From contig CAVPXI010000007.1 of NCBI GenBank assembly GCA_963709585.1, forward strand, positions 550,024-614,023: DNA of 64,000 nt, given 5' to 3'. A program made the translations under genes and the position numbers. Below are positions 20,308 to 29,877 of this stretch, piece by piece; position 1 is the stretch's first letter; each line of letters opens with the position of its first letter. A model generated the notes under the pieces. That model was not told where the DNA came from. It worked only from the letters and a program-made list of their open reading frames with translations, and did no database searches. The stretch comes from Candidatus Dormiibacterota bacterium (GTDB lineage: Bacteria; Chloroflexota; Dormibacteria; Aeolococcales; Aeolococcaceae).

Positions 20308-21660
20308 ATGGACCCACAACAGTTGTGGCAGGTCGCCCAGGAGGAACTTCGGTTCCAGGTGGTCCGCCCGGGGTACGAGGCATGGCTCGCCAATGCCGTC
20401 CTGGTTGGCTCCGACGGGCACACCTTCACGGTCGGCGTGCCGACCATGTTCGCTCGCGACTGGGTCAGCGAGCGCTACGTGCCGTTGATCCGCGAAACGC
20501 TCTCCGGCGTGCTCGGACGCGATTGCGAAGTGATCATCACCGTCGACCCGGAGGCGTCGCCGCCACCCGACGCACCTCCGATCGTTCCTGATCCGACCTA
20601 TGCATACGTGAGCGAGCCCGAGGATGGAGCCAACAACTCGCGGCTCAACCCGGCGTTCACCTTCAGCACGTTCGTGGTCGGCAACTCCAGTCGATTCGCT
20701 CACGCCGCCTGCCGCGCTGTCGCCGAGGCGCCCGGCAAGGCGTACAACCCACTTTTTCTGTACGGCGGTGTGGGTCTGGGCAAAACCCACCTCATGCACG
20801 CGATCGGTCACGCGGTGCGCGAGACCCACCGCAACGCGAAGGTGGCGTATGTCACCTCCGAGAAATTCATGAACGAGATGGTCGCGTCCATCGTCGAGAA
20901 CCGGCCGGCGGAGTTCCGGATGCGCTACCGGGGCGTCGACGTCCTGCTCATCGACGACATCCAGTTCCTGGCTGGCAAGGACCACACCAGGGAGGAGTTC
21001 TTCCACACGTTCAACGCGCTGCAGGAATTCCAGAAGCAGATCGTGGTGAGCAGCGACCGCCCGCCGAAGGACATCCCCACCCTCGAGGACCGCTTGCGCA
21101 GCCGCTTCGAGGGCGGACTGATGGCCGACATCCAGCCACCGGATTTCGAGACCCGGCTGGCGATTCTCACCACCAAGCTCGGGCCCTACGGCAAGCTGGT
21201 CCCGGACGAGGTGTGCTCATTCATCGCCCACCGCATCCAGAAAAACATCCGCGAGCTCGAGGGCGCGCTCATCCGAGTGCTCGCCCACGCCTCGATCAAC
21301 GGCCAGCAGATCACCCTCGAGACCGCCCAGCAGATCCTGCGCGACGTCATCCCGGTCCAGGACTCGACCCCGGTGAGCATCGAGACCATCCAGCTGGCGG
21401 TCGCCGCGCATTACGCCATCTCGGTCGAGGAGATGAAGGGCAAGCGTCGCGACAAGAACATCGTGTTCCCTCGCCAGGTGGCGATGTACCTCATCCGCGA
21501 GGCTACCAAGTCGTCGCTCCCGGTCATCGGAAGCGCTTTCGGCGGACGGGATCACACCACCGCACTGCACGCGATCGAGAAGATCACCGAGCTCATGCGC
21601 GAAGACGTTCGCCTCCAGGGTGAGGTGCGAGCCATCCGCGAGCAGCTCCACAACCGTTGA
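20308..21660 (+). CDS. dnaA: Chromosomal replication initiator DnaA (alternative GTG start at 20221)
   Basis: YNPLFLYGGVGLGKTHL, LLIDDIQF, NIRELEGAL, GGRDHTT. Confidence 0.98.
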   Translation: MDPQQLWQVAQEELRFQVVRPGYEAWLANAVLVGSDGHTFTVGVPTMFARDWVSERYVPLIRETLSGVLGRDCEVIITVDPEASPPPDAPPIVPDPTYAYVSEPEDGANNSRLNPAFTFSTFVVGNSSRFAHAACRAVAEAPGKAYNPLFLYGGVGLGKTHLMHAIGHAVRETHRNAKVAYVTSEKFMNEMVASIVENRPAEFRMRYRGVDVLLIDDIQFLAGKDHTREEFFHTFNALQEFQKQIVVSSDRPPKDIPTLEDRLRSRFEGGLMADIQPPDFETRLAILTTKLGPYGKLVPDEVCSFIAHRIQKNIRELEGALIRVLAHASINGQQITLETAQQILRDVIPVQDSTPVSIETIQLAVAAHYAISVEEMKGKRRDKNIVFPRQVAMYLIREATKSSLPVIGSAFGGRDHTTALHAIEKITELMREDVRLQGEVRAIREQLHNR

Positions 21661-21903
21661 CAACCCTGTTGCTCGCACCGGGTACGGCATGTGGACAAAG
21701 TGCGCAACTCCGCGAACGGTGGACAACTGGTGGACAATCAGTGCCACTTGCGCACAGCCCGGCAACGCTCCCGGACCCGCGATGAGATCGCTTTCCGAGT
21801 TGTCCCCCATGTACCCACCACTACATCGTCTACTGATATCTAAACTCTGCAGGTCATACTCATTGAGTCTGGTGATAACGCAGCCTCCAGAGAGGAACCG
21901 TCC
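21661..21903. other. Predicted oriC (dnaA-dnaN intergenic region)
   Basis: TGTGGACAA 21690, GGTGGACAA 21718 and 21729, TTGCGCACA 21748, TTGTCCCCC 21800, then AT-richer ACTACATCGTCTACTGATATCTAAACT 21820-21846 resembling DnaA-trios/DUE. Confidence 0.75.
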
Positions 21904-23021
21904 ATGAAAGCGACCGTCTCATCCTCGACACTCAGCGGCGCACTCGGGCTGGTGTCCCGCGCCGTATCACCGAGATCGACCCTGCCCGTGCTGAGCAACG
22001 TGCTGCTCGAGACCGGCCCTGACGGTCTGCGCGTCACCGCCACCAATCTCGATCTCACGATCACCGTCGTGGTGCCGGCAACCGTGCTCGAGGAAGGCCG
22101 GATCACGGTGCCCGCACGTCTCCTCGGTGAGTTTGTTGCGTCGCTCGGTGACGCGCCGTGCACGATGGAGTTGGAACCGACGACCCAGGTGCTGAAGCTC
22201 ACCGGTGGCGTGCACCGTGCCAACGTGCACGGCATCGATGCGGTGGAATTTCCTCCCCTGCCGACGCGTGACACCGAGACATCGATCGAGGTCGAACTCG
22301 ATCACATTGCAGAATGCGATCACTCAGACGGTCATGGCGGCGAGCTCGGACGAGGCGTCGCCGGTGCTCACCGGCGTGCTCCTCCAGATCGAGGGCAGCC
22401 GGGCTCACCCTGGCGGCGACCGATCGCCATCGTCTCGCCGTGAAGACGATCGATGTCACCGTGCACGGGACGCCCCCGGTGACCTCGGTGATCGTTCCCT
22501 CACGGCACCTCTCCGAGGTTGCCCGTGCGGTGAATCCCAACCGGCCGACCGTCGGTATCGCCTTCGCGCACGCGCGCAACCAGGTGTTCTTCACACTCAA
22601 GGACGTGGAGATCTCGTCGCGTCTCATCGAGGGGACATATCCCAATTACACGCAGGTGATTCCCGGTGAGTCGACGACGACGGTGAGCCTCTCGACGGCG
22701 TCGCTGCTGCGCGAGGCGAAGACCGCTGCGGTGCTTGCGCGTGACGCCGCCAACCCGGTTCGACTGCGCATCGGCGACGGGACGCTCACGCTGCTTGCGC
22801 AGACCGCCGAGGTCGGTGATGACGAGGCTCCGCTCACCGCGACCGTCCAGGGTGATGACGTGCAGATTGCGTTCAACGCGCGCTACATGCTGGACGCGCT
22901 CTCGGCGCTCGACTCCGACGAGGTCCAACTCTCCTTCAACGGCTCGCTGCAGCCGGGAGTAATCCGCCCCGTCGGGAAGGACGATTACCTCTGCATCATC
23001 ATGCCGGTGCGGGTCGCCTGA
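21904..23021 (+). CDS. dnaN: DNA polymerase III beta clamp; two apparent +1 frameshifts (~22295, ~22402)
   Basis: TLPVLSNVLL, ATNLDL, PVLTGVLL, ATDRHRLA, SRLIEGTYPNY, FNARYMLDAL, IMPVR spread over three frames; length is 3n+2. Confidence 0.93.
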
Positions 23022-23031
23022 TCTCCTGCGA

Positions 23032-23319
23032 TCACATCGCCTTGAACCGGATGCGCCGGACCAGGTCCTGGCCGACACGCTGATTCAGCGCATCGATAAC
23101 TCGTGGTGCGTCCATCTGGAGTTGATGCGCCAACGCGCTGTTGGCCGTGGCGATGACCAGCACGCCGCGGTCGAGCCGCTCAGCGCGGCACAGCTCGGCG
23201 AGCCCCACACCGACGACGTCCGCGAGCGCGATCCGCAGGCGCTCCTCGCGCACCTGAACCCGGACGCCAAGCCCGCGCAGCGCGGTGTCGATGAGGTCGG
23301 ATAAGCGCTGCTCGGTCAT
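23032..23319 (-). CDS. DUF721/DciA-family protein
   Basis: GVLVIATANSALAHQLQM..IDALN...G...VRRIRF; directly downstream of recF. Confidence 0.8.
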   Translation of the reverse strand: MTEQRLSDLIDTALRGLGVRVQVREERLRIALADVVGVGLAELCRAERLDRGVLVIATANSALAHQLQMDAPRVIDALNQRVGQDLVRRIRFKAM

Positions 23320-24518
23320 CGGCGCGCATCCTCGGTGACGACCCCACCGCGCACGGTGAAGTGGCGGACGTCCATGAAATCAGCGACCTCGCTGAGCGGT
23401 TCCGTCGTCGTCACCAGCACCTGGTGCCGGCTCTCCGCAGCGAGCAGCGCGAGCAGGCGCCCGCGCCGTTCTGGATCCAGTTCGCTCAGCACATCGTCGA
23501 GAAGGATGACCGGGGCGACGCCCGCGGTGTCCTGCAGGTAGCGGACCTCGGCGAGCTTGCAGGCGAGCACGATGCTCCGCTGCTGACCCTGCGACGCGGT
23601 CCCCCGCGCGGCTCGACCGTCAAGGTCGAACGCGATGTCGTCGCGGTGCGGGCCTGCCAGGGTGATTCCTCGTGCCACCTCCTCCGCGGCGCGGTCGCGC
23701 AGTGTTTCGAGCAGGGCTTGTTCAGCCGCCTCGATCCTGTCAGGAATCAACTCCGCGTGGGCCGGTGCGTATCGGAGCGAGATGCGCTCGCGCTGACCGC
23801 TGAGATCGTGCAGCGCCACGGCGGCGAGGGGCGCCAGCGCATCGACGAGGCGCGTGCGAGCCAGCGCCAGCCACGCCCCGTGGTGCGCGAGCTCGCTGGT
23901 AAAACCGTTCACCGAGTCGCGGGCGCCGCCGCCGAGGCGAAGCTGATGGAGCAGCGCATTTCGCTGCTCGAGCACGTGGCGGTACCGCGACATGTGCGCG
24001 ACCGCCTGCGCGTCGGTCTGCGCGAGGATGACGTCGAGAAAGCGCCGGCGTCCGTCCGGGCCGCCGCGGACGAGCGCGAGGTCCTCCGGCCAGAAGAGCA
24101 CCACCGGGCAGACCCCGAGCATGGCGCGCGCGGGACGCGGCTTTGCATCGACGGCGGTGACCCGCGACACGCGTCCCGTCGACGCGTCGCGCTGAAATCG
24201 GACCGAGAGGGTGACGTCCGCCGGGGGACGCGTGACGTCGGCCTCGGCGAGCGCCGCATTCTCGCTCCAGAGCAGAAGGTCGGCGCTGCTCGTGGTTCGT
24301 GGAGACCGTGTCAGGGCCAGGGTGGCGATCGCCTCGAGGAGGTTGGTCTTCCCCTGTGCGTTTTGGCCATGAATGACATTGAGCCCTGGACCGAAGCGCA
24401 CCGTCGCCTCGGCGTAGTTTCGAAAGCAGTGCAGGCGCAGGCGGGCGATGGCGCAACGCGGGGCTTGCGTGCCGGCGCCCTCCGCGGGCGTGTCGACGGT
24501 CGGCGCGTCGACGCTCAT
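23316..24518 (-). CDS. recF: DNA replication/repair protein RecF
   Basis: FRNY, GQNAQGKTNLLEA, GPHRDD, SQGQQR, LLDDVLSELD. Confidence 0.96.
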   Translation of the reverse strand: MSVDAPTVDTPAEGAGTQAPRCAIARLRLHCFRNYAEATVRFGPGLNVIHGQNAQGKTNLLEAIATLALTRSPRTTSSADLLLWSENAALAEADVTRPPADVTLSVRFQRDASTGRVSRVTAVDAKPRPARAMLGVCPVVLFWPEDLALVRGGPDGRRRFLDVILAQTDAQAVAHMSRYRHVLEQRNALLHQLRLGGGARDSVNGFTSELAHHGAWLALARTRLVDALAPLAAVALHDLSGQRERISLRYAPAHAELIPDRIEAAEQALLETLRDRAAEEVARGITLAGPHRDDIAFDLDGRAARGTASQGQQRSIVLACKLAEVRYLQDTAGVAPVILLDDVLSELDPERRGRLLALLAAESRHQVLVTTTEPLSEVADFMDVRHFTVRGGVVTEDARR

Positions 24519-25660
24519 GCGGCGCGTTCCGCCATGCCGGCGATCAACTCGGCGATCCGGCGGGTTGCATCCGGCCGAGCCACCGCCTTGACCGCAGCGC
24601 GCATGCTCGCGAGCGCTGGCGATCCTGGCGCGGCAAGCTCGGCGACGGCGTCGACGAGTTGATCGTCGTGCGGAACATAGCGCCCCGCGCCGATGTCCAC
24701 CACCCACTCCACGTTACCGCGCTCCTGCCCCGGGAGATACCAGACGAGCAGGAGTGGTAGCCCGCAGCAGAGCGCCTCCGCGATAGTTCCCGGGCCGGCC
24801 TTGGAGACCACCACGTCGCTCGCGCGCATCCACTCGGCCATGTTGTCCACGTACCCGAGCACCCGGACCGGCCGTCCGCTCCGGGTGTGCAGCCCCGCGA
24901 GAGCTGACCGCGCGCGCTGGTTGCGTCCGCAGATCACGACGACGTCCACGTCGAGCGACGCTGCCGCGAGCGCCCGCGCGTGCTTGACGAGACCTCCGGA
25001 TCCGTCCGCGCCGCCACAGACGAGCACCACGAAAGCATCAGGGCGCAGGCCCAGCCGTCCGCGGATCGCGGCGATGCCCTCCGGGTCGCCGGGGAGTTCC
25101 GTGAACCGGCGGTCGACGGCGAGGCCGAAGTCGTGGCAGCGCGACGCAGGGATGCCCGCACGACGGCAGTGATCGAGCCCGCCCGGGGACGGGACCACCA
25201 CAGCGTCGACGTCCGGGCATGCCCACGCGATGTGGATGTCCACCAGGTCGGTGATCACCGTGACCACCGGGGCCGGCCGCGGCCGGTTGCGCACCGCGCG
25301 CACGCTGACGTGATTCAGCAGCGGGTGAAAGGAGACGATGCAGTCGGGATCGATCTGCTCGACCGCATCGGTGACGGCGCCGGTCACGGATCGCAGCACT
25401 GTGCTGTCGAGCAAGGCGACAGCTGAGCGGTTGTTGGTCGAGTGGTACAGCGCGCCCCACAGCCAGCGCGCATGCCTGGTGATCGGGCCGTAGAGTCCCG
25501 CCGTGCCGCCGATCACGCGCGGCTTCGCGCTGGTGAACGGGTCGAGGATGGTGATCTCGAACTCGCCCGGAGACGTCACCGCCATCTGGCGTTCCACCGC
25601 GGTTGCAGCGGCACGGTGGCCGCCACCGGTATCGGCGATGAGAAAGAGCAGCTTGCTCAT
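24515..25660 (-). CDS. MGDG synthase/UgtP-like GT28 glycosyltransferase
   Basis: DTGGGHRAAA, VTVITD, SKAGPGTIAEA, PGQERGN. Confidence 0.88.
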   Translation of the reverse strand: MSKLLFLIADTGGGHRAAATAVERQMAVTSPGEFEITILDPFTSAKPRVIGGTAGLYGPITRHARWLWGALYHSTNNRSAVALLDSTVLRSVTGAVTDAVEQIDPDCIVSFHPLLNHVSVRAVRNRPRPAPVVTVITDLVDIHIAWACPDVDAVVVPSPGGLDHCRRAGIPASRCHDFGLAVDRRFTELPGDPEGIAAIRGRLGLRPDAFVVLVCGGADGSGGLVKHARALAAASLDVDVVVICGRNQRARSALAGLHTRSGRPVRVLGYVDNMAEWMRASDVVVSKAGPGTIAEALCCGLPLLLVWYLPGQERGNVEWVVDIGAGRYVPHDDQLVDAVAELAAPGSPALASMRAAVKAVARPDATRRIAELIAGMAERAA

Positions 25661-27408
25661 CCGCTCACCGCCACCGATGCCGCGACCAGCGTCTGTGGCG
25701 CAAAGTCGGTGATGACCTGGGTGTTGGTCCCGTCGGCGTTCTCGACATACGCCTGGACGATGCCGTTGGAGTCGGCGTTGAGGTAGACGAGCTGCCGTCC
25801 GCTGGGAGCGACCACCACGGTGCCGAGCGACCCGACCCCTGGACCCGAGGCGACCGGGATCTGTTCATCACCCGCAACACTGACGAGCACGAGGGTGGGA
25901 ATGCCGTTCGGTGGCCTGTTGATCCCGAGGAGCGTCCCGGTCGCCGTGAAGCCCACCGGCTGCAGCGAGGGGTCGAGTGATCGCGGCGGCGTGGACGATG
26001 CGCCGATGCCGACGATCCACGTGCCCTGCGCACCGGGTGCGGAGCGAAGGCAGGCGAGCTGCGAGCCGTCCGGTGAGATCGCAGGGTCGCTCGAGGCGCC
26101 GGTCACGCCGGGAATCGGGTAACGAGCCAGCACGATCGAGTCCGCGAGCTCGAGGTGTTCGATGTCCGACGTGCCCGCGACATCGAGGACGAGTCGCTCG
26201 CCGAGTGGGCCCCAGACCGCGGGCGCAACCAGCGGATCTCCGGCGGGGAGGCTGGTGAGCGCGTCGGTGGTCGGATTGAAGAACGACACTGTTCCCGCTC
26301 TGGAGAACGCCAGTGTCGATCCGTCAGGCGACCAGGACGGCAACGACGATCCGGCGAAGCTGGTGACCACCGTGCCGGTTGCCGGATTGAGCACCACGAG
26401 CACCGGATGTGGGGCCTTGACCGTGGCGTCGAGTTCGACCACCGCGAGCCAGCCTCCCCCGGGCGACAACGCCGCCGCCGCGTATGTGTAGAGCGGTGCG
26501 CCCGAGGCTGCGATGCCGCACCCCGATCGGCGTGGACACCGTGGCGCGACGAGCAGCGCCTCGGTCGCGATCGGCTCGCCCGCCTCGGCCGTCGCCATCG
26601 GCGCGACGAGAACGGTGGTGGCACTCTCTCCGGGAACGGCGGCGAGCACGACCACGTGGGGCCCAGGCGACATCCCGGCCGTTGCGAACATCGATATCGC
26701 CCCGGCCACGAGCGGCTGATGGTTCACGTCGGTGGCGGTCGCGGCCACGGTGAGCTTGTAGGTGATCCCGGCCTGCAGCGTGGTTCCGGGCAGCACTACG
26801 AAGCGGCTCGGGTCGAGACGGTTGCGAACCACGCGCGTTCCCGGCACAGCCGGGTCCAGCGTGATCGCCGCCTGGGTTGCGTCCGCCGCCATGGCGGTCG
26901 AGAAGCTCACCGAGATCGGGGCATCGACGGGGACACCGCTGGAGCCGTCCGGAGGTTGGAGCGCGCGAATCACCGGAGCCGGTCCGGTGGTGATCGTCCA
27001 GTTGTGGTCGACCGAGTTCACCACCCCGCTCGGATCGCTGATGCCGCCGGCCAGGGTGAACGTGTAGGACGTGCTCGGCGCGAAGATCGCCCCGGGATGG
27101 AGCAGGGTGAACCCGGTGTCTCCGGAGAGCCACACGATCCGGCAGGGCGCGAGCGGACTCGCGCTGAAGGCGGCCTCGAGGTCGCAAGCCGGAATCGACC
27201 GATTCACGGTGAACCGCCCCTTGACCGAAGCCGTGACCACCGGTCGGTCGAACTCAACCGTCACCGGCGCGTCGGCGGCCACGCCAACCGCTCCGCGGCC
27301 GGGAGCCAGTTGAATGATCTGAGGCGGGCTGCTGAAACACCCGGAAAGCAAGGCGGACATCAACCCTGCGAGCGCAACGAAGGCGATCCGGCGCGCGCCG
27401 GATGCGAT
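25657..27408 (-). CDS. Lipoprotein with tandem Ig-like (Big_5) domains and a PD40/TolB-like propeller; start uncertain
   Basis: Lipobox LSGC; repeats GVAADAPVTVEFDRPV and GVPVDAPISVSFSTAM; WSPDG, ISPDG, PSGRQLVY. Confidence 0.75.
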   Translation of the reverse strand: MASGARRIAFVALAGLMSALLSGCFSSPPQIIQLAPGRGAVGVAADAPVTVEFDRPVVTASVKGRFTVNRSIPACDLEAAFSASPLAPCRIVWLSGDTGFTLLHPGAIFAPSTSYTFTLAGGISDPSGVVNSVDHNWTITTGPAPVIRALQPPDGSSGVPVDAPISVSFSTAMAADATQAAITLDPAVPGTRVVRNRLDPSRFVVLPGTTLQAGITYKLTVAATATDVNHQPLVAGAISMFATAGMSPGPHVVVLAAVPGESATTVLVAPMATAEAGEPIATEALLVAPRCPRRSGCGIAASGAPLYTYAAAALSPGGGWLAVVELDATVKAPHPVLVVLNPATGTVVTSFAGSSLPSWSPDGSTLAFSRAGTVSFFNPTTDALTSLPAGDPLVAPAVWGPLGERLVLDVAGTSDIEHLELADSIVLARYPIPGVTGASSDPAISPDGSQLACLRSAPGAQGTWIVGIGASSTPPRSLDPSLQPVGFTATGTLLGINRPPNGIPTLVLVSVAGDEQIPVASGPGVGSLGTVVVAPSGRQLVYLNADSNGIVQAYVENADGTNTQVITDFAPQTLVAASVAVSG

Positions 27409-27427
27409 ACGAGCGCGTCCGGCTGGG

Positions 27428-28714
27428 CTAGTACGCGCGGTTGAGCGCGGCGTCGACGTCGATGGCAGCGATGGCGCCGTCACCGCCCTTGACCTCGATG
27501 ACCGACTGCCGATCGGTGGCCAGGGCGGCCACCGCGGTCGTCGCCTTGTCGAGGGATCGCTGGGATTCGGTATAGGTGCCGAGGATGTCGCCATCGCGAA
27601 GCAGGATGATCCCCGCCTCGGTCGGGGTCTGTACGACGACCGACCCGCTGACGTGCTCCTCGGCGAGGTATTCCAGCAGGGCTTCGAGGTTGACGAAGCG
27701 ACCGAGCAATCCGCTGTAGAGGTACGGCGACGTGAACAGCTGGGCAAGCGCGGTCACGGTCTCGCTGTCGAGCTCGATGACATCGATGACCCCATCCCCG
27801 GCGTCCATGTGCCTGCGAATCTGCAGGAACGCCAACTCACCCTGGACGGCGCTGCCGTTGCTGCTGAGGGCCTGGAGCGCCTGCCCGTCGTTGAGGAGGA
27901 TGACTCCGCTGTAGCCGGTGCCGCTGAGATTCACGTAGCCGGTGTGGCGATCCGACCTCAGCGTACGGAGCAGACGCGGGAAGTCGACGAAGGCGCTCTT
28001 CAACCCCTCGTAGTGGGCGCGGCCCGAGGGGAGGGGGTAGACGCGTACGGCCGCGTCGCCCGAGGCCGACCCGGCGGGAGCCGGTCGATCCGGCGACGCG
28101 GCGGGCGCGATCGGGGCCGGTGCGGCCGGCGCCGGCTGATACGAGACCGGCTCGGAAGCGGTCGGGTACGCGAGAGGCTCGGGTACAGGGATCGGTTGGA
28201 ATTCGGACATCGGGGCATGCTCCGGCTCGGCCGGAGCCGGGGCGTAGGTGTCGGCAGCCGGCTCTGAGGCCGCAGTGGTTCCCGCAACCGCATAGGCCGG
28301 CTCCTCGATCGGCTCGGGGAGGGCCGCAGGGACCGCGGAGTAGGCATCGAGGGGCGAGTAAGCAGGCGCTGCCTCGGGCCAGGTGGAAGCACCGGCCGAC
28401 GCAGCGGCCGGAGCCTGGCGGCTGTCGGCGGCGGCGATCAGCTCTGCAGGGGAGGCCTTGATGGTCTCCTCCGCGGGGAGCTTGGCGCGCGGATCGAACT
28501 GGTAGGAACCGTCGTTCCAGCCGAGCGCATCGATGACGACCTCCTCGCCCTGTCCACCTGGTCCGTTGGCGTGGAACAGGTGTCCGAACAGGAAGTACAG
28601 CGAGCAGCTGTCGCCACCGTTGTCGATGGTCAGGGTGCCGGTTGCTCGCTCTGCCTGCATCGATTGGAGCAGCGTTGCGAGCCCACCGTCACGAAGGGAA
28701 CCCTGGGTCTGCAC
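27428..28714 (-). CDS. DUF4388-domain protein with Pro/Ala linker and two C-terminal repeats
   Basis: GSL...LATLLQ....ERATGTL N-terminal domain; repeated FVD/FVN..LL..L......G.V units. Confidence 0.75.
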   Translation of the reverse strand: MQTQGSLRDGGLATLLQSMQAERATGTLTIDNGGDSCSLYFLFGHLFHANGPGGQGEEVVIDALGWNDGSYQFDPRAKLPAEETIKASPAELIAAADSRQAPAAASAGASTWPEAAPAYSPLDAYSAVPAALPEPIEEPAYAVAGTTAASEPAADTYAPAPAEPEHAPMSEFQPIPVPEPLAYPTASEPVSYQPAPAAPAPIAPAASPDRPAPAGSASGDAAVRVYPLPSGRAHYEGLKSAFVDFPRLLRTLRSDRHTGYVNLSGTGYSGVILLNDGQALQALSSNGSAVQGELAFLQIRRHMDAGDGVIDVIELDSETVTALAQLFTSPYLYSGLLGRFVNLEALLEYLAEEHVSGSVVVQTPTEAGIILLRDGDILGTYTESQRSLDKATTAVAALATDRQSVIEVKGGDGAIAAIDVDAALNRAY

Positions 28715-28858
28715 GGGTGCGCGTCTCCGGTTTGTGTAGGAAGACCGTCCCGAAGGAGGCGGTCCGAATTGGAGTCGGCCCGTATAGTAGCAACCCTTCA
28801 CCGTTCCGACCGAGGTTGGATACTCCAGAATGACGCGAGCTCACTTCGAGGAATTGGT

Positions 28859-29572
28859 GTGGATGGACAGCAGGTACGGGTGCTCGTGGTCGATGACGAC
28901 GCGCTCGTCCGCAAGGCTATACGCCTCACCTGCGAGAGCGAGGGCTACACCGTCCAGGAGGCGGAACGTGCCGGCGAGGCGCTCGCCCGCCTCGAGGTCT
29001 TCCACCCGGATGTAGTGGTGCTCGATGTCGTGCTCCCGGATCAGTCGGGATTCGACGTCTGCCGGGAGATCCGCCGGGCGGGGCACCGGATGCCGGTGAT
29101 CATCCTCAGCGCCAAGCACGACGAGATCGACGTCGTCCTCGGTCTCGAGATCGGCGCGGACGACTACATCGCCAAGCCGTTCCGAGCCCGGGAGCTGCTC
29201 GCCCGGATCGCCGCCCATCTGCGCCGGGCCCGGGAGCTGCGCGGCGACGACAAGCCCGCGGACGGGCGCCTGGTCTTTCGAGACCTCGTCATCGATACCG
29301 CCGAGCGCCGGGTGACCCGGTCGGATCGAGACATCGTGCTCACGCACACCGAGTTCGATCTGCTGTCGTACCTGGCGTCCAATGCCGGGAAGGTGCTCTC
29401 GCGGGAGCGGATTCTCAGCGCGGTCTGGGGGTATGAGCACCCGATCGAGACGAGGGTGATCGACGTCCACGTCCGCAACCTCCGGCGCAAGATCGAGCCC
29501 GATCCAGCCCAACCACGCCACATCCTGGCCGTCCCGGGCATCGGCTACCGCTTTGCGGGGGTCCGGCGCTGA
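28859..29572 (+). CDS. OmpR/PhoB-family response regulator (no adjacent kinase)
   Basis: VVDDD, LDVVLP, GADDYIAKPF, VIDVHVRNLRRKIE, GIGYRF. Confidence 0.95.
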   Translation: MDGQQVRVLVVDDDALVRKAIRLTCESEGYTVQEAERAGEALARLEVFHPDVVVLDVVLPDQSGFDVCREIRRAGHRMPVIILSAKHDEIDVVLGLEIGADDYIAKPFRARELLARIAAHLRRARELRGDDKPADGRLVFRDLVIDTAERRVTRSDRDIVLTHTEFDLLSYLASNAGKVLSRERILSAVWGYEHPIETRVIDVHVRNLRRKIEPDPAQPRHILAVPGIGYRFAGVRR

Positions 29573-29613
29573 CGATCCTCGCGGATGTGAGGTGGCCGCA
29601 AAGTACACTCGGC

Positions 29614-29874
29614 ATGGTGCGAACTCCTCCCATGCTCGATCCCGGCGAGCCCACCGTCCAGGGCCGGCACTCCGATCCCATCTCGGCGATCACCGTCGGC
29701 GCGCTCTCGGTAATCGCCGTGGGGCTGTTCGCTGCCGCGATCCTGGCCACGTACACGTATTCGACCCCCAACGTGGAGCTTCCCCTTGTGATCGCCATCG
29801 TGCTGTTCTTCGTCGTCACCCTCGGCGCCAACATCCTCCGGCTCGCGGTGCGCCACCTGCGCCCGGGGCGCTGA
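29614..29874 (+). CDS. Small two-TM membrane protein
   Basis: Two hydrophobic segments; TACACT just upstream of the ATG. Confidence 0.6.
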   Translation: MVRTPPMLDPGEPTVQGRHSDPISAITVGALSVIAVGLFAAAILATYTYSTPNVELPLVIAIVLFFVVTLGANILRLAVRHLRPGR

Positions 29875-29877
29875 TCG

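Noticed and set aside
21904-23021. dnaN, parB and uppP as pseudogenes or programmed frameshifts
   Set aside because: dnaN is essential, there are no slippery heptamers, and the breaks share one motif on one DNA strand regardless of gene orientation, which points to base-calling error
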